From assembly GCA_964586975.1 (NCBI GenBank), contig CAZPJV010000001.1, positions 36,372 through 79,332 of the forward strand: 42,961 nt of DNA, in the 5' to 3' direction. The stretch is from an uncultured Candidatus Saccharibacteria bacterium. Its GTDB lineage: Bacteria; Patescibacteriota; Minisyncoccia; Phycocordibacterales; UBA9973. How positions within the stretch are numbered: position 1 is the stretch's first letter; each line of letters opens with the position of its first letter. The notes beneath the pieces were generated by a model. That model was not told where the DNA came from. It worked only from the letters and a program-made list of their open reading frames with translations, and made no database searches. The position numbers were made by a program, and so were the translations under genes. Of this stretch, positions 1 to 8,939 are shown piece after piece.

Positions 1-960
1 AAGCTTGGCAGTATGGAGGCGCAAGGTGCGGTGGCGACGGTTTTCGGCGAGGCCTTCGCGAATTTTTTGGAAGAAAACCCAGACGACGCCAGAGCGATAA
101 TCAACAAATCTGTTCTGGCCCTTAAAGCTCGCAAAGCCGCCAAGGCGGCCAAGGATTCTGTGCTGCGCAAAGGCGCGCTAGAAGGCATGACTCTGCCCGG
201 CAAGCTGGCGGATTGCCAAAGCCGGGACGCTTCCGAGTCGGAACTGTTCATTGTAGAAGGAGATTCTGCGGGGGGTTCGGCCAAGCAGGGCAGAGACAGG
301 CGTACCCAAGCGATTTTACCTTTGCGCGGAAAAATTTTGAACGTGGAGCGCGCGCGCATAGACAAAATGCTCGCGTCCAAGGAAGTGAAATCTCTAGTGA
401 TTGCCCTAGGGACTTCCATCGGGGACACTTTTGACATTGGAAAAATTCGTTATCATAAAATAATCATTGCCACGGATGCGGACGTGGACGGTTCGCACAT
501 TCGGACGCTTCTCCTAACATTGTTTTATAGATATTTTCGACAAATCATAGACGCCGGTTATATTTATATCGCCCAGCCGCCGCTTTATAAAATAAAAAAA
601 GGCAAAGAAATTGCTTATGCTTATACCGACGAGGAGAAAATGAAAATAATCGGCAAGGATGGGAATGTAAGCGAAATCAATGAAATTGAGCGCGATGAAT
701 CTGAGCCCGAGCTAGAGCCCAGTGCCCAGAGCCTAAAGCCCAACAAAATTCACATCCAGCGCTTCAAAGGTCTGGGCGAAATGAACCCGGAAGAACTCTG
801 GGAAACCACCATGGACCCCGCCAATCGGGTATTAAAACGCGTGGACATTGAGGATGCCGAAGAGGCCAATAAAATTTTTGATATCCTCATGGGCTCCGAA
901 GTCCCACCCCGAAAATCTTTCATTCAGTCTAATGCTAAGTTAGCAGAGATAGATATCTAA
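1..960 (+). CDS. gyrB: DNA gyrase subunit B, C-terminal part (5' end lies upstream of the window)
   Basis: The frame is open from nt 1. TOPRIM/C-terminal motifs are present: [52 protein letters not shown] and [21 protein letters not shown]. Confidence 0.95.
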   Translation, partial: KLGSMEAQGAVATVFGEAFANFLEENPDDARAIINKSVLALKARKAAKAAKDSVLRKGALEGMTLPGKLADCQSRDASESELFIVEGDSAGGSAKQGRDRRTQAILPLRGKILNVERARIDKMLASKEVKSLVIALGTSIGDTFDIGKIRYHKIIIATDADVDGSHIRTLLLTLFYRYFRQIIDAGYIYIAQPPLYKIKKGKEIAYAYTDEEKMKIIGKDGNVSEINEIERDESEPELEPSAQSLKPNKIHIQRFKGLGEMNPEELWETTMDPANRVLKRVDIEDAEEANKIFDILMGSEVPPRKSFIQSNAKLAEIDI

Positions 961-966
961 TCATCT

Positions 967-1080
967 TTATCTAAACAATACCCAATTCAGTGGAGAAAAA
1001 GGGCTAAATAGGGCACCAACAATCATTAAAATAAGTATTATGAGTGCAATCCAAGTTGCTTCATTTATAAATTTTTTCAT
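967..1080 (-). CDS. Hypothetical 37-aa single-TM peptide (MKKFINEATWIALIILILMIVGALFSPFSPLNWVLFR)
   Basis: Hand-translated. Its ATG overlaps the thrS stop as TAATG (shared A at 1080). It has a hydrophobic core and no recognisable homology. Confidence 0.3.
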   Translation of the reverse strand: MKKFINEATWIALIILILMIVGALFSPFSPLNWVLFR

Positions 1081-2846
1081 TATTTTTTGTTTTTTATTTC
1101 TCCCATCAGTTTTTCCAGAAGCTCTTCCGGAGAAATTTGGCCGATGGTGCCTGAGTCTCGGGATTCTAAAGTTACTTTTTTAGCCTCTATTTCTTTATCG
1201 CCGATGACGAGCCAGTAGGGGAGCTTGTTATTTTTTGCATCGCGGACTTTGCCTCCCAGATTTGTGTCCTCATCGTCCAGCTCTGCGCGGATACCGTTTT
1301 CTTTAAGCATTTCAAAAATTTTTTGCGCGTATTCGTTGTGGCTCGTGCGGACGGGAATAACTTTCACTTGCACCGGCGCGAGCCAGAGGGGGAACGCACC
1401 CGCATAATGTTCTATCAGAATACCTATAAACCTTTCAAGAGAACCATAGATAACACGGTGTATAGCCACGGGGCGTTTTCTTTTTCCATCCCTGTCGGTA
1501 TATTCCAGTTCAAAACGTTCCGGTTGCTGGAAGTCCAATTGCATTGTGCCCATTTGCCAGTCTCGTCCGATAGCATCCTTCATAATTATATCTATTTTGG
1601 GTCCATAAAATGCGCCATCGCTTTCTGCTATAGAGTATTTCTTGCCAGATTTTTCCAATACGTTTTTCAATGCTTTTTCTGCTTTATCCCATGTTTCTAT
1701 ATTGCCCATAAAGCTTTCCGGACGAGTTCCCAGCCTGAAACTATATTCCAGTTTAAAAATCCCATAAAACTCCCTGCAGATTTCCATAATAGAGCGGTAT
1801 TCTTCTTCAATCATATCTTCGCTTACATAATTGTGTGAATCATCCTGTTGGAAAGAACGACAACGTAAGAGGGCATTTAAAACTCCAGAACGTTCATAAC
1901 GATGGAGTCTGTCCGTGTCAGACAGGCGGAGAGGCAAATCTTTATAACTAACCTGCATAGATTTAAAAACAATCATCGTGTTCGGGCAGTTCATTGGCTT
2001 TATTCCATAAACTTCATTTTCTCCCATATCGGCGATGAACATATCTTCTTTATAATGTTCCCAATGACCAGAAATTTTCCATAATTCTGCTTTGTTTACC
2101 AATGGGCTGGAAATTTCTAAGTACCCTAAGGCTGCGTGTTTTTTCCGCCAGTAATTCTCAAGCTCTTTATATAAGATAAGCCCTTTTGGTAGCCAATATG
2201 GCATTCCAGGCGCTGTCTCGTGGAACATAAAAAGCCCAAGCTCACGACCCAGCTTCTTATGGTCTCTTTTTTCGGCTTCCTCTCTCTGGATTAAATAGGC
2301 AGCTAATTCCTTTTTAGATTCAAAAGCCAAGCCGTAAATACGGGTCAGCATTTTGTTTTTTTCATCGCCGCGCCAGTAAGCGCCCGCCACTCTATCCAGT
2401 TTCCAGCTGTCAAGGGGCACCCTTGACATATCATTAAAGTGCCCGCCGCGGCAGAGGTCGGTAAAATTACCGCAGGTGTAGAAAGTTATCTTTTCCTTGT
2501 CCGCCAAAGCCTTGGCGTCGGCGGGTCGCCTTCCAATAATTTCTTCCAGAAGTTCGAGTTTGTATACGTTGCCTGCCAGTTCCTTTTTCGCCTCTGCGTA
2601 GGTTTTTTCCGCGCTGGAAAATTTTGTCCAGGTTTTTAGAGTTTTCCGCATTTCTTTTTCTATTTTCGGCAGGTCCTTGTCCGAAACAGGGGCAGAGAAT
2701 TCAAAATCGTAATAAAAGCCGTTATCAATCGCGGGACCGATGGTTCTTTTGGCGTCTGGGTAAAGTTCCATCACTGCCGCCGCCAAGAGGTGCGCCAAGG
2801 AATGTCTTAAGCCCGCTATCTTATCCGCTTTTTCCATATTCACCAT
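1080..2846 (-). CDS. thrS: Threonyl-tRNA synthetase lacking the N-terminal TGS domain
   Basis: Editing-domain motif RHSLAHLL..GPAIDNGFYYDF, class II core (HRDHKKLGRELGLF, GIKPMNCP) and a C-terminal anticodon-binding domain. The likely true start is the second ATG at 2837 (MEKADK), because the first ATG lies inside a putative -10 box. Confidence 0.95.
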   Translation of the reverse strand: MVNMEKADKIAGLRHSLAHLLAAAVMELYPDAKRTIGPAIDNGFYYDFEFSAPVSDKDLPKIEKEMRKTLKTWTKFSSAEKTYAEAKKELAGNVYKLELLEEIIGRRPADAKALADKEKITFYTCGNFTDLCRGGHFNDMSRVPLDSWKLDRVAGAYWRGDEKNKMLTRIYGLAFESKKELAAYLIQREEAEKRDHKKLGRELGLFMFHETAPGMPYWLPKGLILYKELENYWRKKHAALGYLEISSPLVNKAELWKISGHWEHYKEDMFIADMGENEVYGIKPMNCPNTMIVFKSMQVSYKDLPLRLSDTDRLHRYERSGVLNALLRCRSFQQDDSHNYVSEDMIEEEYRSIMEICREFYGIFKLEYSFRLGTRPESFMGNIETWDKAEKALKNVLEKSGKKYSIAESDGAFYGPKIDIIMKDAIGRDWQMGTMQLDFQQPERFELEYTDRDGKRKRPVAIHRVIYGSLERFIGILIEHYAGAFPLWLAPVQVKVIPVRTSHNEYAQKIFEMLKENGIRAELDDEDTNLGGKVRDAKNNKLPYWLVIGDKEIEAKKVTLESRDSGTIGQISPEELLEKLMGEIKNKK

Positions 2847-2853
2847 AATATCA
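2845..2853 (-). promoter_or_regulatory. Putative extended -10 (TGaTATTAT) for thrS, 7 nt upstream of ATG 2837
   Basis: The minus strand reads TGATATTAT-GGTGAAT-ATG. The same geometry is seen at several other genes in the window. Confidence 0.4.
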
Positions 2854-2890
2854 CACTTTTTTATATTTTAAAATTGCATTTCGGCCGTAA

Positions 2891-2901
2891 TATGCTAGTA
2901 T
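2891..2901 (+). promoter_or_regulatory. Putative extended -10 (TATGCTAGTAT) for rpmF; a TTGCAT -35 lies 16 nt upstream at 2874-2879
   Basis: TTGCAT-16 nt-TAGTAT, then 7 nt to ATG 2909. Confidence 0.45.
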
Positions 2902-2908
2902 AGCCAGC

Positions 2909-3133
2909 ATGGTTGTCCGAATGAGGAGCACAAAATCGCATACTGGGAACCGGCGCTCGCACCACGCGCTCCGGAACCGGCGTTTGGTCGCGTGCGACAA
3001 TTGCAAAGTGCCTAAGATGGGACACGCGGTCTGTCTGTCCTGCGGCTACTATCGGGGCAAAAAAGTTTTGGATTTGATAAAGAAGATGGAGAAGAAGCAG
3101 AAAAAGGCTAAAGCAAAAGCAAGCGTGAAATAA
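2909..3133 (+). CDS. rpmF: 50S ribosomal protein L32
   Basis: MRSTKSHTGNRRSHHAL plus the zinc-ribbon pattern CDNC..CLSCG, typical of L32. Confidence 0.9.
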   Translation: MVVRMRSTKSHTGNRRSHHALRNRRLVACDNCKVPKMGHAVCLSCGYYRGKKVLDLIKKMEKKQKKAKAKASVK

Positions 3134-3150
3134 TTTTCGGCCTCCCGAAC

Positions 3151-3167
3151 AAAAGCCTCCGGCTTTT
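3151..3167 (+). terminator. Hairpin AAAAGCC-tcc-GGCTTTT after rpmF
   Basis: Perfect 7-bp inverted repeat ending in a T-run, 18 nt after the rpmF stop. Confidence 0.4.
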
Positions 3168-3209
3168 AACGGGATGCTCATAAATTATACTCACTTCGTT
3201 CGTTAATTT

Positions 3210-4130
3210 ATGGCAAATCGGCACCTTTCCAGGTCAATAGTTCTCCAGACGCTTTTTGAATGGGATTTTCTGTCTGCGGAAGAAAAAGAGAAATTACCTC
3301 CCGAGGGCCTTAAAGAAATACTCCAAAGGAATTTGGCGGAATTCGCTCCCGGTTTTGAGAATGATTCTTTCGCCGCCGCGCTTTTGGAACGGACACTCCA
3401 AAAGGGCCCGGCCGTAGACGCAATCATAGAGAAAGCCGCGCCGGACTGGCCGATTGATAAAATCTCAGTCATTGACCGGAATATTTTGCGTCTGGGCCTG
3501 ACCGAGCTTCTTTTCGGCGACCGGGACGAAGTGCCGCCCAAGGTTGCAATTAACGAAGCCATTGAGCTGGCGAAAACTTTCGGCGGAGAGAACTCCGGCA
3601 AATTTGTGAATGGTGTCTTGGGCGCGGTCTACAAAGAAATCGGCGAGCCGGGCAAGGAACAAACCAGCAAACACAAAAAAAAAGACGAGCCGGTGGATGT
3701 TTCCAAACTGCCGGTGGAGAAGAAAGGCGGGGCGCTGGTGTATGCCCAAAAGGACGGCGGTATTATGTTCGCATTGGTGCACGATGTTTTCGGCTATTGG
3801 ACCATCTCCAAAGGGAGCATTGAAGAAGGAGAAAATGAAGAAGAGGCAACGGTACGAGAAATAAAAGAAGAAATCGGCCTGGATATTGAGATAGAAGAAA
3901 AACTGGGAGAAAATGAATATGTGGCTACGCACCCGGAAAAGGGCAAGAGCCTGAAGCGGGTGGTTTACTTTCTAGCCAAGAGCGAATACCGGGAATTGGT
4001 TCTGGAAAAATCCACCGGCCTGGACGGGGCCCGATGGTTTCCGGTTTCTGCCATTCCAGAATTACGAATTTACAATGACATAATCCCCCTTATCGGCAAA
4101 GCGGTGGAAATAATTAGTAGTAAAAAGTAA
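3210..4130 (+). CDS. nusB: NusB antitermination factor fused to a C-terminal Nudix hydrolase domain
   Basis: The N-terminal half carries NusB motifs ([53 protein letters not shown]). A K-rich linker follows, then the Nudix box [23 protein letters not shown] at 3813-3881. Confidence 0.85.
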   Translation: MANRHLSRSIVLQTLFEWDFLSAEEKEKLPPEGLKEILQRNLAEFAPGFENDSFAAALLERTLQKGPAVDAIIEKAAPDWPIDKISVIDRNILRLGLTELLFGDRDEVPPKVAINEAIELAKTFGGENSGKFVNGVLGAVYKEIGEPGKEQTSKHKKKDEPVDVSKLPVEKKGGALVYAQKDGGIMFALVHDVFGYWTISKGSIEEGENEEEATVREIKEEIGLDIEIEEKLGENEYVATHPEKGKSLKRVVYFLAKSEYRELVLEKSTGLDGARWFPVSAIPELRIYNDIIPLIGKAVEIISSKK

Positions 4131-4156
4131 AAAGTTTATAAAGTATAAAGAAAAAA

Positions 4157-4852
4157 ATGGAAAAATTTTCAGCTTTTGAGAAAAAAATAAAAATTAATTT
4201 TAAAAACAAAAACTTGCTCAAGCAGGCCTTTGTGCACCGCTCTTATATAAATGAAAACGGCGGTCTGGCAATCTCGCACAACGAACGCTTGGAATTTTTG
4301 GGCGACGCGGTGTTGGAACTTACGGTGACCGATTTTCTTTATCAGAAGTATCCCGACTACACCGAAGGCGAACTGACCGCGCTCCGCTCGGCGCTGGTGA
4401 ACGCGGTCATAATTTCTTCGGTAGCGGAGAGTCTCGGCATGAACGACTACTTGCTTTTATCCAAGGGCGAAACCAAAGACCGCGGCAAGGCGCGGCAATA
4501 CATTCTGGCCAACACCTACGAGGCGCTGATCGGCGCGGTTTACATGGACCAGGGCTACGCAGCGGCGGATAAATTTATAGCCCAGACTCTTTTACCTAAA
4601 ACCGAGGAGATAGTAAATAAAAAACTTTGGCGCGATGCCAAATCGCTAGTGCAGGAGAAGGCCCAGGAATTTGTGCAATGCACTCCGATGTATAAAGTTC
4701 TCCAGGAGTCGGGTCCGGACCACGACAAGCACTTCACCGTGGGCATATATTTCAACAAAGACCTGATTGCGGAAGGCAAGGGCAAGTCCAAGCAGGAAGC
4801 GGAGCAGAAAGCAGCCGAAGCGGCATTAAAAATAAAAAACTGGACGGATTAA
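4157..4852 (+). CDS. rnc: Ribonuclease III
   Basis: Signature ERLEFLGDAVLEL, catalytic-region NTYEALIGAVY, and a C-terminal dsRBD (GPDHDKHFTV..GKGKSKQEAEQKAA). Confidence 0.95.
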   Translation: MEKFSAFEKKIKINFKNKNLLKQAFVHRSYINENGGLAISHNERLEFLGDAVLELTVTDFLYQKYPDYTEGELTALRSALVNAVIISSVAESLGMNDYLLLSKGETKDRGKARQYILANTYEALIGAVYMDQGYAAADKFIAQTLLPKTEEIVNKKLWRDAKSLVQEKAQEFVQCTPMYKVLQESGPDHDKHFTVGIYFNKDLIAEGKGKSKQEAEQKAAEAALKIKNWTD

Positions 4853-4867
4853 CCAAGGAAATATACG

Positions 4868-6997
4868 ATGCAGCTCAAAACACTTTATCTCCACAGCTTC
4901 AAATCGTTTGCCCATAAAACTGTTTTGGAATTTGAGAGCCCGATTGTGGCCATTGTCGGTCCCAACGGCTCGGGCAAGTCCAATGTGGTGGAGGCGGTGC
5001 GTTTCGTGCTGGGCGAGCAGTCCATGAAATCTATGCGCGGTAAGGGCGGTTCCGACCTAATCTGGAAAGGGTCCAAAAACTTGCCGAAAAGCTCGCGCGC
5101 GTCGGCGACCGTGTATTTTGACAACCAGGAAAAAATTTTCAAACTTACCAACGACGCGGGCGAAGATATAAATTTAAACTACGACACCATCTCCATTTCG
5201 CGCGAAGTCTATCCGGATGGGGTTAATAAATACATTTTGAACGGTTCGGAAGTCCGGCTCAAGGACATTCACCAGATGCTCTCCTCGGTCCACATTGGCT
5301 CGTCGGGGCACCACATTATTTCGCAGGGCGAAGCCGACCGGATACTTTCCGCTTCGGCGCGGGACCGCAAAGAAATGGTGGAAGACGCCCTCGGTCTGCG
5401 CATTTACCAATACAAAATCAAAGAAAGCGAACGCAAATTGGAACGCACAACCGAAAATATGAAAGAAGTCGGCCTGTTGCGCCGGGAGAACGCGCCGCAC
5501 CTGAAGTTTTTGGAGAAGCAAGTAGAAAAATTTGAAAAAGCGCGGGAGATGAAAACCGAGCTCGCGGGTCTCTACGCCGAGTATTTGAAAAAAGAAGAAA
5601 TTTTTTTGGAGAGTGAGAAAAAAAATCTGGTGCAGGAACATAGCCGGCTCGGCCAGGAACTGGCGGCAGTTAGCGCGAAAATTAAAACCAGCGAAGGGCG
5701 AGACCACCAGCGGGGCGGCCAGAAAATAGAAGAGTTGCGGGCGATAGAACAGAAAATAAATTCCGTCCGGGCGGCCAAGAACGAACTGGAGCGCCAACTC
5801 GGTCGGATTGAAGGCAGAATTGAAGCCGGGGAGCGGAAAGTCAGAATTTCCGGCCGCTGTCCCATGTGCGGCAGTGTCATCGCCGATACGGATCCGGAAC
5901 AGCTGGAAAAACGGCAGTACGAGGCGGCCGAACTGAAAGAGCTGAAAAAAACGCAGGCGGAAACTTCGGCGGAAATCCGGCGCGTTGAAAACGAGGAAAA
6001 AGAAAGCACCGCGCTCGCGGATAAATTGAAGCAGGAAATCAGCCGGGAAATGGAAGACCTGCGCGACTTGGAGCGGGAAAAATTTGCCTGGAAGGTCAAG
6101 GAGCAGGAACTGACTTCGGCCCTGGAGCTTTTAAAAATTAAGGAAGAGAATCTTAAAAACCGCCGAGAGTTGTTTGAAAACGAACTCAAAGAAGGCGGGG
6201 TGCTTTTGGGTGCGGAAATCGAAAGCTACAAAAATTATAAACCAGAATGCAAAGAAGAAACTTTAACCCAAGAGGAGCTCAAGAAAAAAATTGAGCGCAT
6301 AAAAATCAAATTGGAAGATACCGGCCTCGGTTCCGGCATGGAAGTTATGCAAGAATATCAAACCGTGACCGAACGCGACCAGTTTCTGGCGCGGGAGTTG
6401 GAAGACCTGGCTAAGAGCATAGAAGCGCTGGAAAAACTTATTGCCGAACTTAAAGAAAAAATTGATGTGGAGTTCAAAGAAGGCGTGAAAAAAATAAACA
6501 AAGAATTCCAGGAATTTTTCTCTGTTCTTTTTGGCGGCGGGCATGCCTCCCTATCCGTGGTGACGGAAATAAAACGTAAGCGCAACATTGATTTGGATGA
6601 GGACGAGCCCTCCGTCGCTGAAGCTTTGGAGAGTGAACCGGAGCAGGGTATAGAAATAAACGCGTCTCTGCCGCATAAAAAAGTGAAAGACCTCCACGCC
6701 TTCTCTGGCGGCGAGCGCTCGCTGACTTCCATCGCCCTATTGTTCGCGATGTCGCAAGTAAATCCGCCGCCCTTCTTGATTCTGGACGAGACCGACGCGG
6801 CGCTGGACGAAGCCAATTCCCGTAAATACGGCGATATGCTGGAAAAACTTTCTCAAGCTTCCCAGCTCATCGTGGTTACTCACAATCGCGAGACCATGTC
6901 CCGCGCCGGCGTGCTCTACGGCGTGACCATCGGCTCCGACGGCGCCTCCAAACTTCTCTCGGTTAAATTCGAAGAAGCCACCCAGATTGCTAAGTAA
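4868..6997 (+). CDS. smc: SMC-family chromosome partition ATPase, short (709 aa), no recognisable hinge, central CPMC motif
   Basis: SMC-type head: FKSFA..IVGPNGSGKSNVVEAVRFVLGEQSMKSMRG at the N-terminus, FSGGERSLTSIALLFAM and FLILDETDAALDE at the C-terminus. E/K/L-rich coiled coil lies between them. The rnc-smc synteny is conserved. Confidence 0.85.
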   Translation: MQLKTLYLHSFKSFAHKTVLEFESPIVAIVGPNGSGKSNVVEAVRFVLGEQSMKSMRGKGGSDLIWKGSKNLPKSSRASATVYFDNQEKIFKLTNDAGEDINLNYDTISISREVYPDGVNKYILNGSEVRLKDIHQMLSSVHIGSSGHHIISQGEADRILSASARDRKEMVEDALGLRIYQYKIKESERKLERTTENMKEVGLLRRENAPHLKFLEKQVEKFEKAREMKTELAGLYAEYLKKEEIFLESEKKNLVQEHSRLGQELAAVSAKIKTSEGRDHQRGGQKIEELRAIEQKINSVRAAKNELERQLGRIEGRIEAGERKVRISGRCPMCGSVIADTDPEQLEKRQYEAAELKELKKTQAETSAEIRRVENEEKESTALADKLKQEISREMEDLRDLEREKFAWKVKEQELTSALELLKIKEENLKNRRELFENELKEGGVLLGAEIESYKNYKPECKEETLTQEELKKKIERIKIKLEDTGLGSGMEVMQEYQTVTERDQFLARELEDLAKSIEALEKLIAELKEKIDVEFKEGVKKINKEFQEFFSVLFGGGHASLSVVTEIKRKRNIDLDEDEPSVAEALESEPEQGIEINASLPHKKVKDLHAFSGGERSLTSIALLFAMSQVNPPPFLILDETDAALDEANSRKYGDMLEKLSQASQLIVVTHNRETMSRAGVLYGVTIGSDGASKLLSVKFEEATQIAK

Positions 6998-7037
6998 TGT
7001 TATCAATTCTGACGGCCGGACAAAAGTGATAACATTA
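6995..7037. terminator. Inverted repeat TAATGTTATCA / TGATAACATTA between the convergent smc and dac-capA genes
   Basis: 11-bp perfect arms with a 21-nt loop. Each arm contains the stop codon of one of the convergent genes. Confidence 0.35.
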
Positions 7038-8930
7038 GTTTTGGACAGCTGGGAATTTTATTTTTTCCTCTTTGCCTTCCACGATGCGGTCTAGTTGGAA
7101 GACAGAGTTTAGGTAAGTGGTATTTTTTTTGATATCCATCGCGCCATCTTTCCAGAGTTTGACTTGCAACAGGAGGCCTTGCATGGTGGGCTTGCTCCAG
7201 GATTGGTCAAAGATGAAGTTGCCGAGCGAGTAAGCGATGTAGCTGTTTTTATAAACTTCCGTGTCCTGCGTCACATGCGGATGATGGCCGATGACGAGTT
7301 TGGCGCCCGCATCTACCGCGCGGTGCGCCAGATATTCCTGGCGGATGTTGTGCTTATCTTTATACTCGTCGCCCCAATGAAAAGACACGACGAGGAAGTT
7401 CACTTGGCTGGCGGCGTTTTGAATTATCTCATCAAACCGCGGGTCGCTCGCCAACAAGAGCCCGGCGGTGTCGGTTTTTGCTTCCAGCCAGTTGGGCCCC
7501 ACATCCGAAAAGCCCAGGAACCCGATTTTCATACCGTACTTTTCAATGATGGCCGGCGCTTCGGCTTCCACTTCGCTCAGGCCGCCGCCGGTATAACGAA
7601 TTTCGTTTTCCTTCAGGCGAGCCAGAGTGTCAATGTAAGCCGGACGGCCCCAGTCGCCGACATGGTTGTTGGCCAGCGACAGGACATCCAAGCCCGCACC
7701 GGCCAGCGCGGGGATGATGCCCGGGTCCATCCGGAAGGAATACAGATTTTTCTGGTCCAGGCCCTGGTCGGAGGCGGCGCCCTCCAAGTTGGCGAAGGCG
7801 ATATCGGAATTTTTCAAAAGCTTGGCCGGGATTTTTTCAAACAGCGCGGAATAATCGTTGCCGAAATTTTTTATGACCGAACTTTCCACGCCGCGGTCCA
7901 GCATCAAGTCGCCCATAAAGGCAAGAGTCACGAAACTGGGTTCGTAAATCGGCGGCAGGCCGACTTTTTCCTTGACCCAGGCGGTGGCGGCGTCTATCTG
8001 GCCGCCGTAGTAAACATATTTCTCCAAATATTTCAAAATATTTTCCACGTCCCGCTGGCGATCCCGGCTTTTTAAGAGCGTAATGGCGATGGGGCGAGTG
8101 CCCGATTTTGTCAACGGCAGGTCAAAGATGGCGATGCCTGTCTCCAGGGCGGCATTAGTGAATCCGCTCTTGCCGCCGGCGTAGCCCGGTTTGCCCAGGA
8201 AGCGGCTGATGTTGGACCAGTTATGCCTGCCGGATTTGAAACTGCGCTTGGTTGAGATTCCGAACAATTCCCCGTATTGCTCGCGAATGTAGCCCGCCAG
8301 CTTGAAAAGGTCGGCCGGAGTGGAAACATTTTTTGCGGATAGCCCGCTCGGGTCCTCGTAAACGGTTGAGACCATTAAAAGCTGTTCCGCCTGCAGGTTC
8401 ATCTGGGCCAGGAAGTTTTCGCGGCCGAAGCGCTCCGCCAGCGCCTCCGCCGCGTCGTTGCTTGATTCCAAAAGTAGGGGATAGAGCAGGTCGGTCGCTT
8501 TTATTTTTTCTCCGGCGCGCAGTCCGCCGTTCTGGCCGGAGGTGGCCACCGCTTTCTTGCTGACTGTCACCAAATCTTCCGGTGCCGCGAGCTTGCTGGC
8601 GACGAGCGCGGTCATTAATTTGGATACGGAGGCGATTGGAAGTTTTTTCTCTTGATTTTTTGCCAGGATTACTTCGCCGGTGTTAAGATCGCCCACCAGA
8701 TAGGCTTCGGCCGTGACCTTAGGCTGTGCGCCCTCGCTCTTGTTGATGTAAAAATATTGCGGTTGCGCGGGCTGGGTCGTCAATAGCTCCGCGAACATTA
8801 TTTTTTTCTTGGGCGCCGCCGCGTCGCCGGTTTTGAGAAACGACAGCAAAAAAGACGCCACGAGTACGCCACAAAGCACCGGCAAGGCGGTCCAGAAAAT
8901 AAGCCCTTTATTTTTTCTCACGAATTGCAT
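7035..8930 (-). CDS. Fusion protein: D-alanyl-D-alanine carboxypeptidase (peptidase S11) N-terminal domain plus CapA/PGA_cap-type metallophosphatase C-terminal domain
   Basis: N-terminal TM. S11 motifs are SVSK (SxxK), SSND (SxN) and KSG. CapA-like motifs are FMGDLMLDRG, ANLEGA, LANNHVGDWG, SFHWGDEY, IGHHPHV and YSLGNFIFDQ. Confidence 0.8.
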   Translation of the reverse strand: MQFVRKNKGLIFWTALPVLCGVLVASFLLSFLKTGDAAAPKKKIMFAELLTTQPAQPQYFYINKSEGAQPKVTAEAYLVGDLNTGEVILAKNQEKKLPIASVSKLMTALVASKLAAPEDLVTVSKKAVATSGQNGGLRAGEKIKATDLLYPLLLESSNDAAEALAERFGRENFLAQMNLQAEQLLMVSTVYEDPSGLSAKNVSTPADLFKLAGYIREQYGELFGISTKRSFKSGRHNWSNISRFLGKPGYAGGKSGFTNAALETGIAIFDLPLTKSGTRPIAITLLKSRDRQRDVENILKYLEKYVYYGGQIDAATAWVKEKVGLPPIYEPSFVTLAFMGDLMLDRGVESSVIKNFGNDYSALFEKIPAKLLKNSDIAFANLEGAASDQGLDQKNLYSFRMDPGIIPALAGAGLDVLSLANNHVGDWGRPAYIDTLARLKENEIRYTGGGLSEVEAEAPAIIEKYGMKIGFLGFSDVGPNWLEAKTDTAGLLLASDPRFDEIIQNAASQVNFLVVSFHWGDEYKDKHNIRQEYLAHRAVDAGAKLVIGHHPHVTQDTEVYKNSYIAYSLGNFIFDQSWSKPTMQGLLLQVKLWKDGAMDIKKNTTYLNSVFQLDRIVEGKEEKIKFPAVQN

Positions 8931-8939
8931 CTTTCTAAT

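Noticed and set aside
1-6. The window begins with AAGCTT (a HindIII site), which could indicate a cloning boundary.
   Set aside because: A single 6-mer at a window edge is uninformative, and the other end has no matching site.
5174-6816. Antisense ORFs within smc (5174-5797, 5572-6189, 6358-6816).
   Set aside because: Their S/F/L-rich sequences mirror the E/K/L-rich coiled-coil codons of smc, so they are shadow frames.
7164-8075. A 303-aa plus-strand ORF opposite the dac-capA fusion gene.
   Set aside because: It has no motifs, whereas the opposite strand carries complete S11 and CapA motif sets.
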